A stretch of 39,812 nt of DNA, from the NCBI GenBank assembly GCA_025456385.1, contig JALOKS010000007.1:1-39812 (forward strand). The letters run 5' to 3'. Under the pieces are notes generated by a model that was not told the DNA's origin, did not search any database, and worked only from the letters and a program-made list of their open reading frames with translations. Of this stretch, positions 26,344 through 34,200 are shown one piece after another. Within the stretch, counting starts at the first letter, position 1; each line of letters begins with the position of its first letter. The position numbers and the translations under genes are program-made. Origin of the DNA: Thermoanaerobaculales bacterium. Its GTDB lineage: Bacteria > Acidobacteriota > Thermoanaerobaculia > Thermoanaerobaculales > Sulfomarinibacteraceae.

Positions 26344-26535
26344 ATGGACAGGGTGCGTTGGGAGTACAGGATCATCAACATCCGCTCGGAGAACTACCGC
26401 ATCGACCCCGCCCGAGAGGACGAGCTCAACGCCCTCGGTGATGAGGGCTGGGAGCTCGTCGCGATCACCGCAATCAACTACAAGACGGCCGCCACCGACC
26501 ACATCGGCATGATCTTCAAGCGCGCCAGGGCCTGA
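26344..26535 (+). CDS. Small DUF4177-like protein
   Basis: 63 aa from ATG 26344 with SD GGGGAGGA. MDRVRWEYRIINI...EDELNALGDEGWELVAI matches my recollection of DUF4177 small proteins. It is the C-terminal tail of the 383-aa track ORF 25384..26535, whose upstream part is antisense to the GT2 gene. Confidence 0.65.
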   Translation: MDRVRWEYRIINIRSENYRIDPAREDELNALGDEGWELVAITAINYKTAATDHIGMIFKRARA

Positions 26536-26625
26536 GCCCAGCGGCCGGCATGGTCCGTGCCGAGTCACCGCGAACCTCGCGCGGTGCCTCGCGGCGAGCC
26601 CCAGACGACTGCTGACGCATGCCGG

Positions 26626-27114
26626 TCAGCCGGCGTCGTCGGTGACGAGCGGCGTCGCGGCGGCGGCAGAAAGCGGCGACAGGCGCGCGCCGAGGAGACC
26701 CGTCGCGCCGAGGCTCAGCGACCCCAGGAGCGCCGCGGCGACGACCCCGGGCACGCGGCCCGGCGGCACCGCGCCGGCGAAGCGGACGGCCGCGAGCAGC
26801 ATGCCCGGAGTTCCCTGCCGGACCGCCACCAGCAGCACGCTCGCCACCACCCACCACAGCACCGCGAGCGCCGCCGCCCAGGCGAAGGCCGGCAGGGCCG
26901 GGCGCTGGCCGGCCACCATGACGGCGACGAGGGCGCCCGTGCAGACGGCGAGCATCGTGACGAGATCCGCCCACGCGGTGGCGAGCAGCAGGACGACCGG
27001 CGGCGCGAGCTCGGCGGGCGCCGGCTCCGGGGACGCCGGCATCTCCGCCCCGGCGCCACTGCGATCGCTCAGCGTGTCCCAGTCGCCGGGGATCTCGTCG
27101 TGGCCGGAGGTCAT
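26626..27114 (-). CDS. Membrane protein, RDD-family-like
   Basis: 162 aa with an acidic N-terminus and about 3 TM helices. QGTPGMLLAAVRF resembles the RDD-domain motif, but the family's first conserved Arg is not evident. ATGA overlap with the upstream TPR gene. Confidence 0.5.
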   Translation of the reverse strand: MTSGHDEIPGDWDTLSDRSGAGAEMPASPEPAPAELAPPVVLLLATAWADLVTMLAVCTGALVAVMVAGQRPALPAFAWAAALAVLWWVVASVLLVAVRQGTPGMLLAAVRFAGAVPPGRVPGVVAAALLGSLSLGATGLLGARLSPLSAAAATPLVTDDAG

Positions 27115-29222
27115 CGGAGGGGGATGCTGCCGACGAAGATCTCGAGCTGCATGTCGATGGGGCGCGACATGTAGGTGGTGATGAACTCGCGCACCCGCCG
27201 CGCCTCCTCGTCCTCCGGTCGGCGGCGGATGAGCTCGGCGATGAAGCCGTCAGCCTCGGCGAGGTTGAAGGCCTTGAGCTCGCTCATGCCGGCGTTGAAC
27301 AGGCTGCGCTCGTAGACGTCGACGATCTCGGCCTCGCCCGGACGCTTCTGCAGCAGGTCCCGGGTGATCGCGACCGCCGCGCGGTAGTCCCCGGAGGCCC
27401 GGGCGTCCCACAGGGCGGCGGCCGCCGGCTCGACCTCCAGGATCTGGCCGCGGATCTCCTCGAGACCGGGATCGTTCGGGTGCAGCCGGAGCTCGTCCTT
27501 GGCGCGGATGTAGGCCGTCATCCAGCGCCCCTCGGCGAGCAGCGCGCGGCAGGCCGCGAGACCCTCGGGCACGGGCGTCGGAACCGGCGTGGCGACCCTG
27601 CGGCGGTACTCCTGCAGCCGGCTGTCGATGCGCTTCTGGAAGACGTCGTCGGCCGAGTTTTGCTCGAGGAGGAGGATCGCCTCCTGGACGCGGCCGGTGT
27701 TGTAGAGCTCCGCCGCCTCGGTGAGCACCCGGTTCACGACCGAGACCCGCGATTCCGGCGGCGCCTTGTCCGGCATCAGGCTCGACGCGACCCAGAGACT
27801 GAAGGCGACGACGGCCAGACCGCCGACGCCGATCATCGCCCACCACTGCCAGGGCAGGCGGCGCTTGGGCTTCTTGGGGGTCCGCCACTCGCCCTCCAGG
27901 GTGGTCGGACGCTGCTCGACCTCGGCGCCGAAGTCGGGCGTCGCGCTGAACTCCTCGCTGAAGAGGTCGTCCTCGAGCTCGGGCATCCCCGACGCGGCGG
28001 CCGCGCGTCCGGGGCTCGCGGGCGGCGCGGCCGCGCCGAGGAGGTCGGCCAACCGCGAGGCCTCGACGTGCCGCGGTGACAGGGCGAGGATGCGGTTGAC
28101 GAAGTCCTTGGCGACCGCCGGGTTGCCGGCGTCGTGCGCCTCCTGGGCGTCTGCCAGCATCGGCTCGACGCGGCGGTCGAGCTCCTCCTTCGCGTGCCGG
28201 ATGTGCTCGATGCGGTCGCGCGCCTCCTCGTGCTCCGGGTCGATGAGGAGAATCCGCGACCAGCAGTCGATGGCGGCCGCGTAGTCGTCCTCGGCGGCGG
28301 CGGCGCCGCCCCGGGCGAGGAGGTCGCGGATGGCGGCGGCCGAGCGGTCGCCGCCGGCGGGCTGGCCGGCCGCGACCTCCGGGGCCTCCTGGAAGAGATC
28401 CGAGACGTCGTCGATGGCGCTGCTGCTGTAGTAGGCCGCGACCCCCTCCTCGCCGGCGGACCCGAGCGGGGCCGCGGGGATGGCCGGGGCGACGGATCCT
28501 GAAGCGGCCGCCCGCTCGCGCGGCGGCTCCTTCCCCGCCGCGTCCGCGAACATCGCCGCGGCCGCCTCGGCGGCGCCGAAGAGCGGCTCGCCGTCGCCGG
28601 CCGCGCCGAAGTCCGGACCGACCGGGAGCTCGTCCGTGGAGGCGAAGCCGGCCTGCTCGAGCGACACCTCGCCGCCACGCTGGATGTTGGCGATGGTCGC
28701 GGCGATCCCCGCGTGGTGGGGGTCGAGCGCCTGCGCCATCATGACGAAGTTCGCGGCCTCCTGCGCGTCCCCCCGGGCGAGCGCCCCCTCGGCCTGGGCG
28801 AGGAACTTCCGCACCTGGGAGTCGCCCTTGTCGGCGGCCTCGATCTCACGCAGCAGCTGGCGCGCCTCCTGGTGGCCCGGCAGGTCGAGGAGGACCTGCT
28901 CCACCTTGCGCTTGGCGGCCTCGAAGGCGTGCTCGTTGAAGTCCTCGACCGCCTCGGCGAGGAGGCTGTCGATGGCGTCGGTGCTCGGCGCCTGCAGCTC
29001 GCCGAGGATCGCGTTGATGTCGATCTCGACGGCCCCCGAGCCCAGCTGCGCCTGGAGGTTGTGCGCCGGAGCGTAGTCCGGGTCGAGCCGCAGCACGAAC
29101 TCCAGACCGATCAGGGCCTCCTGTCGGTTGCCCTGCTGGAGCTTGCCGACCACCTGCCGAAAGGCGGTCATCACGCGATCCTGTGCCTGCGGGGAAAGCT
29201 CGGGGTTGCCCGGATACGCCAT
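27111..29222 (-). CDS. TPR-like repeat protein with a central transmembrane helix
   Basis: 703 aa. N-terminal TPR-like helical repeats, a long acidic/Ala-rich low-complexity region, a basic patch plus TM helix (KKPKRRLPWQWWAMIGVGGLAVVAFSLWVASSL) and a C-terminal helical-repeat domain. No catalytic motif recognised. Confidence 0.7.
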   Translation of the reverse strand: MAYPGNPELSPQAQDRVMTAFRQVVGKLQQGNRQEALIGLEFVLRLDPDYAPAHNLQAQLGSGAVEIDINAILGELQAPSTDAIDSLLAEAVEDFNEHAFEAAKRKVEQVLLDLPGHQEARQLLREIEAADKGDSQVRKFLAQAEGALARGDAQEAANFVMMAQALDPHHAGIAATIANIQRGGEVSLEQAGFASTDELPVGPDFGAAGDGEPLFGAAEAAAAMFADAAGKEPPRERAAASGSVAPAIPAAPLGSAGEEGVAAYYSSSAIDDVSDLFQEAPEVAAGQPAGGDRSAAAIRDLLARGGAAAAEDDYAAAIDCWSRILLIDPEHEEARDRIEHIRHAKEELDRRVEPMLADAQEAHDAGNPAVAKDFVNRILALSPRHVEASRLADLLGAAAPPASPGRAAAASGMPELEDDLFSEEFSATPDFGAEVEQRPTTLEGEWRTPKKPKRRLPWQWWAMIGVGGLAVVAFSLWVASSLMPDKAPPESRVSVVNRVLTEAAELYNTGRVQEAILLLEQNSADDVFQKRIDSRLQEYRRRVATPVPTPVPEGLAACRALLAEGRWMTAYIRAKDELRLHPNDPGLEEIRGQILEVEPAAAALWDARASGDYRAAVAITRDLLQKRPGEAEIVDVYERSLFNAGMSELKAFNLAEADGFIAELIRRRPEDEEARRVREFITTYMSRPIDMQLEIFVGSIPLR

Positions 29223-29229
29223 GCTGACG

Positions 29230-29259
29230 ATGGTATCAAGGGCCCGCGGCGAGGGTCAA
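29230..29259 (-). promoter_or_regulatory. Candidate promoter for the TPR gene, positioned for a leaderless transcript
   Basis: The minus strand reads TTGACC (29259-29254), 18 nt, TACCAT (29235-29230), then only 7 nt (CGTCAGC, no SD) before the ATG at 29222. Confidence 0.4.
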
Positions 29260-29278
29260 CGGCGCCCGCTCTGCGCGG

Positions 29279-31384
29279 TCACGGCGCCGGGGCCGCCGGC
29301 TCGGCGAGCGCTGAAGGCAGCACGATCCGGGCCACCGCCCCGCCGGGGCGCAGGTTCTCGAGCTCGAGGCTTCCGCCGTGGTCGCTCACGGCGCGGTGCA
29401 CCATCGCGAGGCCCATCCCGGAGCCCCGGCCCTTGGTCGAGAAGAAGGGCTGCACGAGCACCTCGGTGTCCTCCGTGGGCAGGCCGACGCCGCTGTCCTC
29501 GACCTCGATCACGAGGTCGTGGCCGCGCGCGCGCGCCGCGATCCTCACCCGGCCGTCGCCGGCGATCGCAGCCACGGCGTTGTCGAGCAGGTTGACGAGC
29601 GCCTGGCGCAGCAGCACCGGATCGACGACCGCCAGCAGCGTCGGCGGCTCGACCTCCGCCACCACCTCGAGGCCGGGCCGCACCTCGTCGTAGAGCGCCC
29701 GCAGCTCGGCGAGGAGGCGGGCGATGTCGGTCGTCGCGGGCACGACCGGGGGCATCCGCGCGAACTCCTGGAAGGCGTCGACCAGGGCCTTGAGGCCGGA
29801 GACCTGGGCGACGATCGCCTCGCAGCCGGAGCTGACGATCGCCCGCATCTCGTCGTCGAGCGCGCCGGCGCGGCGCTGGATGCGCTCGGCGGCGAGCTGG
29901 ATGGGCGTCAGAGGGTTCCGGATCTCGTGCGCGATCCGCTGCGCCACCTCGCTCCAGGCGGCCTGGCGCTGGGCCCGCATCAGCTGGGTGAGGTCGTCGA
30001 TGGCGACCACGCGGCCCCCTCCCGGGAGGGGTCGCGAGGTGATGTCCACGTGCACGCTCTCGCCGTCGGCCTCGAGGTCGAGCTCGAGGCTCAAGCTCGC
30101 GGTCGGCGAGGACACCAGGCGTTCGTGGAGCGCCGCGAGGCCCGGGCGGTTGAGGTCGTCCAGCCGCCGCCACTCCTGCGACCACTCCGGCCGGCCGAGC
30201 ATTCGCGCCGCCGCCGGGTTCGGCCTGAAGTGCTCGCCGCCGGCGTCGATCGAGAGCACGCCGGTGGGGACCGTCGCCAGCAGCGTCGTCAGCTCCTGGT
30301 TCGAGGCCAGGATCTCGCGCTCGGTGGCGCGCACCCGGCGCACCATGGCGTTGAAGGAGTCGACGAGCACCGCGACCTCGTCCGAGGCCGGCACCTCGAC
30401 CTCCTCGAGGGCGTTGCCCTCCGCCACGCGCTGGGTCGCGCCGGCCACCGCGAGCAGCGGCTCGGTGAAGCGGCGCGACAGGTAGAGACCGAGCCACACG
30501 GTCGCGAACAGGAGCAGGAGGGTCACGGCGAGCAGCACCAGCACGGTGGTCGCGGTCAGAGTGCCCTGGGCCTGCTTCATCTCCTGGAAGGTCGCGTGCG
30601 CGGCGATCGCGTTCTCGAGGTGGAGGAGGAGCTCCCGCGGCAGCATGTCGCCGACCACCACCCGGAGATCGCCGCCGATCGGGCTCCAGGCGCGGACCAG
30701 GAGGCCGCCGCGCCAGCGGTCGGAGCGGACCTCGGCGCCGCCGGCTCGCTCGAAGGACAAGGGCGGCAGCGACGACGGGATCCGCCGCGGATCGGCCACC
30801 GCCTCGATCAGGTCGGCGCCGTCGTAGACGGCGATCAGGTCGACGCCGAGCAGGTGCTGGAGGCGCACCAGGTCGGCGTGGGCGCGGCCGCCCGCGAGCT
30901 CGTCGGCGGCGACCGCGGCCTGGCGCTCGAGGTTGTCCTCGATCATCTGCCGCAGCTGCACCGTGACCTCCGCGCCGCCGCGCAGGATGGTCTCCACCGG
31001 GGCGGAGAACCAACGGTCGATGGACCCCTGCAGGAGGTTGGTGGCGAGCAGGAAGATGAGGATCACCGGCACGAAGGTCAGGCCGACGTAGGTGAGCACC
31101 AGCTTGGTGCGGAAGCGGCTGCCGAGAACGCCGGCCCGGCGCTCGACGCCGAGGCGCACGAGGTTGCGCAGGAGGATGAAGCTGAGGACGAGGATCAGCG
31201 AGATGTCGAGGTACCAGAGGAGAAACAGCAGGAAGCGGTTGGTGAGCTCCTCCGGCGAGGCCACCGAGGCGCGCTCGAGGAGGTAGAAGGCGCCGGCCGA
31301 GAGGACGAGCAGGAAGGCGAAGGCGCCGACGAGGAACCTGTTCTCCTTGTGGTACCGGTCCCACACGCGGCGGAGTCGGCTCAT
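29279..31384 (-). CDS. ntrY: NtrY-type sensor histidine kinase (multi-TM, HAMP, PAS, HisKA, HATPase)
   Basis: 701 aa with four N-terminal TM helices. H-box WSEVAQRIAHEIRNPLTPIQLAAERI is characteristic of NtrY-like kinases. ATP-binding boxes are LVNLLDNAV, EDSGVGLP and GRGSGMGLAMV. Confidence 0.85.
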   Translation of the reverse strand: MSRLRRVWDRYHKENRFLVGAFAFLLVLSAGAFYLLERASVASPEELTNRFLLFLLWYLDISLILVLSFILLRNLVRLGVERRAGVLGSRFRTKLVLTYVGLTFVPVILIFLLATNLLQGSIDRWFSAPVETILRGGAEVTVQLRQMIEDNLERQAAVAADELAGGRAHADLVRLQHLLGVDLIAVYDGADLIEAVADPRRIPSSLPPLSFERAGGAEVRSDRWRGGLLVRAWSPIGGDLRVVVGDMLPRELLLHLENAIAAHATFQEMKQAQGTLTATTVLVLLAVTLLLLFATVWLGLYLSRRFTEPLLAVAGATQRVAEGNALEEVEVPASDEVAVLVDSFNAMVRRVRATEREILASNQELTTLLATVPTGVLSIDAGGEHFRPNPAAARMLGRPEWSQEWRRLDDLNRPGLAALHERLVSSPTASLSLELDLEADGESVHVDITSRPLPGGGRVVAIDDLTQLMRAQRQAAWSEVAQRIAHEIRNPLTPIQLAAERIQRRAGALDDEMRAIVSSGCEAIVAQVSGLKALVDAFQEFARMPPVVPATTDIARLLAELRALYDEVRPGLEVVAEVEPPTLLAVVDPVLLRQALVNLLDNAVAAIAGDGRVRIAARARGHDLVIEVEDSGVGLPTEDTEVLVQPFFSTKGRGSGMGLAMVHRAVSDHGGSLELENLRPGGAVARIVLPSALAEPAAPAP

Positions 31385-31403
31385 GGCCGGTCCGGCGCCC
31401 CGA

Positions 31404-31934
31404 TCACCCGGCGTCGTCGCCGGCCGGGGCCTCGACCAGGACCTCGACCCACTCCGTGCCCTCCGTGGTCGGGAACACCAGCCAGCTCGTGCCGCTCGCG
31501 AAGACCGCGCGCGCCCGCACCTTGAGGAGGTCGTCGCGACGGCCCGGCGGCACCACGAACTCGACCGCGGGGGGCGACCGCAGCCACCACCGCGCCGCCT
31601 CGAGGGTGTCGACCTCGCGGCTCGCGGTCGTGTCGCCGTTGACGATGAGCTGGCACAGGTAGCGGCCGGTCACCGCGTCAAAGGTGACCGTTGCCTTGGC
31701 GGTCGCCTTCCACACCCGACGGTCAGGGATCAGCTTGCGCGGCGCGTACACGCGCAGGGCGTAGTCGATCTCGGTGGTCGCCCCGGTCGAGAGCCGCTCG
31801 GCGATCGCCTCCGGCAGCTCCTCCGGGAGCGCGATGCCGAGAACGATCGCATCGCCCCGGCGGGCGACATCGAGCGTCATCGGTGTCGCCGCCAGCGCGA
31901 GAGCGAGGGCGAGAGCGCTCAGCTGCACGGCCAT
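31404..31934 (-). CDS. DUF4390-like secreted protein
   Basis: 176 aa from ATG 31934 with a signal-peptide-like MAVQLSALALALALAATP. The EAIAERLSTGATTEIDYALRVY and VTFDAVTGRYLCQL pattern resembles DUF4390, a family usually encoded just upstream of ntrY-type kinases. Ends 19 nt before the kinase start. TAGAAT (minus strand, 31948-31943) lies 8 nt upstream of the ATG. Confidence 0.6.
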   Translation of the reverse strand: MAVQLSALALALALAATPMTLDVARRGDAIVLGIALPEELPEAIAERLSTGATTEIDYALRVYAPRKLIPDRRVWKATAKATVTFDAVTGRYLCQLIVNGDTTASREVDTLEAARWWLRSPPAVEFVVPPGRRDDLLKVRARAVFASGTSWLVFPTTEGTEWVEVLVEAPAGDDAG

Positions 31935-32000
31935 GCGCGGGCATTCTACCGCAGGCGCGTGCCGCGACCGGGGCCGACCGTACCCCGCAGGGCCGCCCGG

Positions 32001-32009
32001 TGATAGAGT
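32001..32009 (+). promoter_or_regulatory. Candidate extended -10 promoter element for the GAF/HD-GYP gene
   Basis: TGATAGAGT (TGn + TAGAGT) lies 32 nt upstream of the ATG at 32042. No good -35. SD GGAGGG precedes the ATG. Confidence 0.3.
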
Positions 32010-32041
32010 GTGGCGATCACTGCGCGCCGTGGAGGGTCGCG

Positions 32042-33565
32042 ATGAGCGCAAACATTCCCGGCTGGTCGCCGGCGATCGAGCGTGGGTTCAAGGAGATTCT
32101 CTTCCGCTTCCTGGAGGAGATCCAGTGCACCCGGGCGGCGCTCTACCTGTTCGGCCCCGGAGAGCTCTTCCTCCTCGCCACCCAGTACGGCTTCGGGCGC
32201 CGCGACCCCCTCGCCGTCGAGCACCGCCTCCAGGACCCGATGGTGGTCCGGGTGCGCGGGCTGCGCGGCCTGGCCGCGGCCGCCAACACCAAAGAGGAGC
32301 TCGGCGAGCTCGCCGACTCTCTGAAGGCCGCCGGCAACTCGCGCCTGCTGCTCGTGCCCCTCGTCGCCGGCGACGACATCATCGGCTTCGTCGACGCCCG
32401 GGACAAGGGTCGGCGCCGGCCCTTCGAGCGGACCGATCTTTCTAAGGCGAACAAGATCGCCGCCGCGATGGTCGACTTCGCGCGGCGCACCGGCTTCGTT
32501 CTCGGCGACGACGAGCCGGCCGAGGAGGTCGTGATCGAGGCCGGGTCCGCGCCGCGGCAACCCGAGCAGCAGCAGGTCAACCAGCCGCCGATGCTCGACG
32601 ACGCCGGCCTGGAGAACGTGCACGACGCCGCCCTCGACTGCCTGCTCGAGCACCAGGTCGTGGCGGTCGCGGTGACCCTCGCCGCCACGGCGGGGGCGGC
32701 GACCCTGCTCAGCACCCGCGAGGGTGCGGCCGAGATCGACCGCGAGGCCCTCTGCCGTCATCAGGCCGCCGCTCTCGCCGAGGCCGGCCTCCCGGTGCCG
32801 GGCCGGGGGATGTGGAAGATCGAGCTGCGGCGGGTGGCCGCCGGCAGCGAGAGCTCGTCACCGCCCATGATCGCCTCGACGGTGCTCCTCAAGGGCGCCG
32901 CCGCGGGTTCCCTGACCGCCTCGGTCATCAGCGGTGCCGGCGCCAACGCGGCGCGCGCGACTCTCGCCCGGCTGCGCGCCCGGGCGGAGGACGCCCACGA
33001 GAAGACCGCGCTGCGCTTCTCGCGGCGCTGGCTGGCGCGCCGCCTCCTGCAGCCGGGGGTGCAGCGCTTCCCGGACCTGGTGGCCCACTCCGAGGCGGTG
33101 TCGCGGCTGGCGCTCGCGATGGCGCAGAAGCTCGAGCTCGCGCCGTCGCGGCTCGAGGACGCGGCCCTCGCCGGCCTCCTCCACGACGTCGGCATGCGGG
33201 AGCTCGACTACGACCGGCTCTACCGCTCGCGCACGCCCTCCGAGGACGAGCGCAGCCGGTACCAGAAGCACCCGCTGCTCGGCGAGGAGATCCTGCGCGG
33301 CACCGGCCTCGACGAGATCACGGCGGCGATCCGCCACCACCACGAGCGCTGGGACGGCACCGGCTACCCGGACCGGCTGGTCGGCGAGGCGATCCCGCTG
33401 CTCGCGCGGCTGGTGCACGTGGCCGAGGTCTTCGACGTCCTGTCGGTGCCCGGGCGCTACCGGCCGACGGTCAGCGCCGAGCGCGCGCTCGAGATCATCG
33501 ATCGCGGCAAGGGGCACCAGTTCGACCCGCAGATGGTGGAGGCCCTCGCGAAGGTGGTGGCATGA
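32042..33565 (+). CDS. GAF-like domain / HD-GYP domain protein (putative c-di-GMP phosphodiesterase)
   Basis: 507 aa from MSANIPGW. The N-terminal region is GAF-like (LYLFGPGELFLLATQYGF...LLLVPLVAGDDIIGFVDARD). The C-terminal HD-GYP has LLHDVGM and HHHERWDGTGYPD. The start was chosen inside the 624-aa track ORF. Confidence 0.85.
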   Translation: MSANIPGWSPAIERGFKEILFRFLEEIQCTRAALYLFGPGELFLLATQYGFGRRDPLAVEHRLQDPMVVRVRGLRGLAAAANTKEELGELADSLKAAGNSRLLLVPLVAGDDIIGFVDARDKGRRRPFERTDLSKANKIAAAMVDFARRTGFVLGDDEPAEEVVIEAGSAPRQPEQQQVNQPPMLDDAGLENVHDAALDCLLEHQVVAVAVTLAATAGAATLLSTREGAAEIDREALCRHQAAALAEAGLPVPGRGMWKIELRRVAAGSESSSPPMIASTVLLKGAAAGSLTASVISGAGANAARATLARLRARAEDAHEKTALRFSRRWLARRLLQPGVQRFPDLVAHSEAVSRLALAMAQKLELAPSRLEDAALAGLLHDVGMRELDYDRLYRSRTPSEDERSRYQKHPLLGEEILRGTGLDEITAAIRHHHERWDGTGYPDRLVGEAIPLLARLVHVAEVFDVLSVPGRYRPTVSAERALEIIDRGKGHQFDPQMVEALAKVVA

Positions 33566-34023
33566 GCGACGAGCGGCGGCTGCTGGCCAGCAACCGCAAG
33601 GTCCGCCACGCGTACCACGTGCTCGAGCGCGAGACCGCCGGCATCGAGCTCCTGGGCACCGAGGTCAAGGCGGTGCGGGCGGGCGCGATCAACCTCAAGG
33701 AGTCCTATGTCCTGCTCGGAAGCGGCGAGGCCTTCCTCGTCGGCTGCCACATCGGCTCCTACGACCACGCCGGCTACGCCGGCCACGATCCGGTGCGGCG
33801 ACGGCGCCTGCTGCTGCACAAGCGGCAGATCGAGCGCTTGGCCGGCAAGGTCCGCGAGAAGGGCCTGACCGTGGTCCCGCTCGCGGTCTTCCTCGAGGGC
33901 AACTGGATCAAGGTCGAGATCGCCCTGGTGCGCGGCAAGCAGCTGCACGACAAGCGCGACACCCTGCGCCGACGCACCCTCGACCGCGAGGCCGAGCAGG
34001 CCGTCAAGGACCGCGAGCGGTGA
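33562..34023 (+). CDS. smpB: SsrA-binding protein SmpB
   Basis: 153 aa from [22 protein letters not shown]. Contains [54 protein letters not shown] overlap with the stop of the upstream HD-GYP gene. Confidence 0.92.
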   Translation: MSDERRLLASNRKVRHAYHVLERETAGIELLGTEVKAVRAGAINLKESYVLLGSGEAFLVGCHIGSYDHAGYAGHDPVRRRRLLLHKRQIERLAGKVREKGLTVVPLAVFLEGNWIKVEIALVRGKQLHDKRDTLRRRTLDREAEQAVKDRER

Positions 34024-34041
34024 CGGCTGCGGGCTGACCGG

Positions 34042-34070
34042 TTGACATCGGCGTAAGACAGGCATAAACA
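34042..34070 (+). promoter_or_regulatory. Candidate sigma70-type promoter upstream of uvrA
   Basis: Perfect TTGACA at 34042-34047, followed after 15-17 nt by CATAAA/TAAACA (34063-34070), about 130 nt upstream of the uvrA ATG. Confidence 0.35.
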
Positions 34071-34088
34071 TGGCTGGCGGTGTCCGCT

Positions 34089-34131
34089 CCCGGGGGCGCG
34101 CCCCGGGAACGCGCGTCGTCGGGCGCGCGTT
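34089..34131 (+). repeat. Two adjacent GC-rich inverted repeats (hairpins) in the smpB-uvrA spacer
   Basis: Hairpin 1: CCCGGGG (34089-95), loop GCGCG, CCCCGGG (34101-07). Hairpin 2 follows immediately: AACGCGCG (34108-15), loop TCGTCGGG, CGCGCGTT (34124-31). Neither is followed by a T-tract. Confidence 0.5.
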
Positions 34132-34200
34132 GTCCTCCGGTCGGGCACCCGCCGGCGGTCGTCGACACGGGACGGGGCCGGGAACGGAGTCGGGAGGGCG

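Noticed and set aside
34040-34057. Partial match to a GGTT-N2-C-N4-G-N3-ACC type LexA box overlapping the -35 upstream of uvrA
   Set aside because: The distal half reads AAG rather than ACC, and the organism's LexA motif is unknown. The match is too weak to call.
34024-34200. Possible tmRNA (ssrA) gene next to smpB
   Set aside because: The spacer is only 177 nt, too short for a typical tmRNA of about 350 nt. I saw no tRNA-like acceptor/T-arm ending in CCA and no tag-peptide reading frame.
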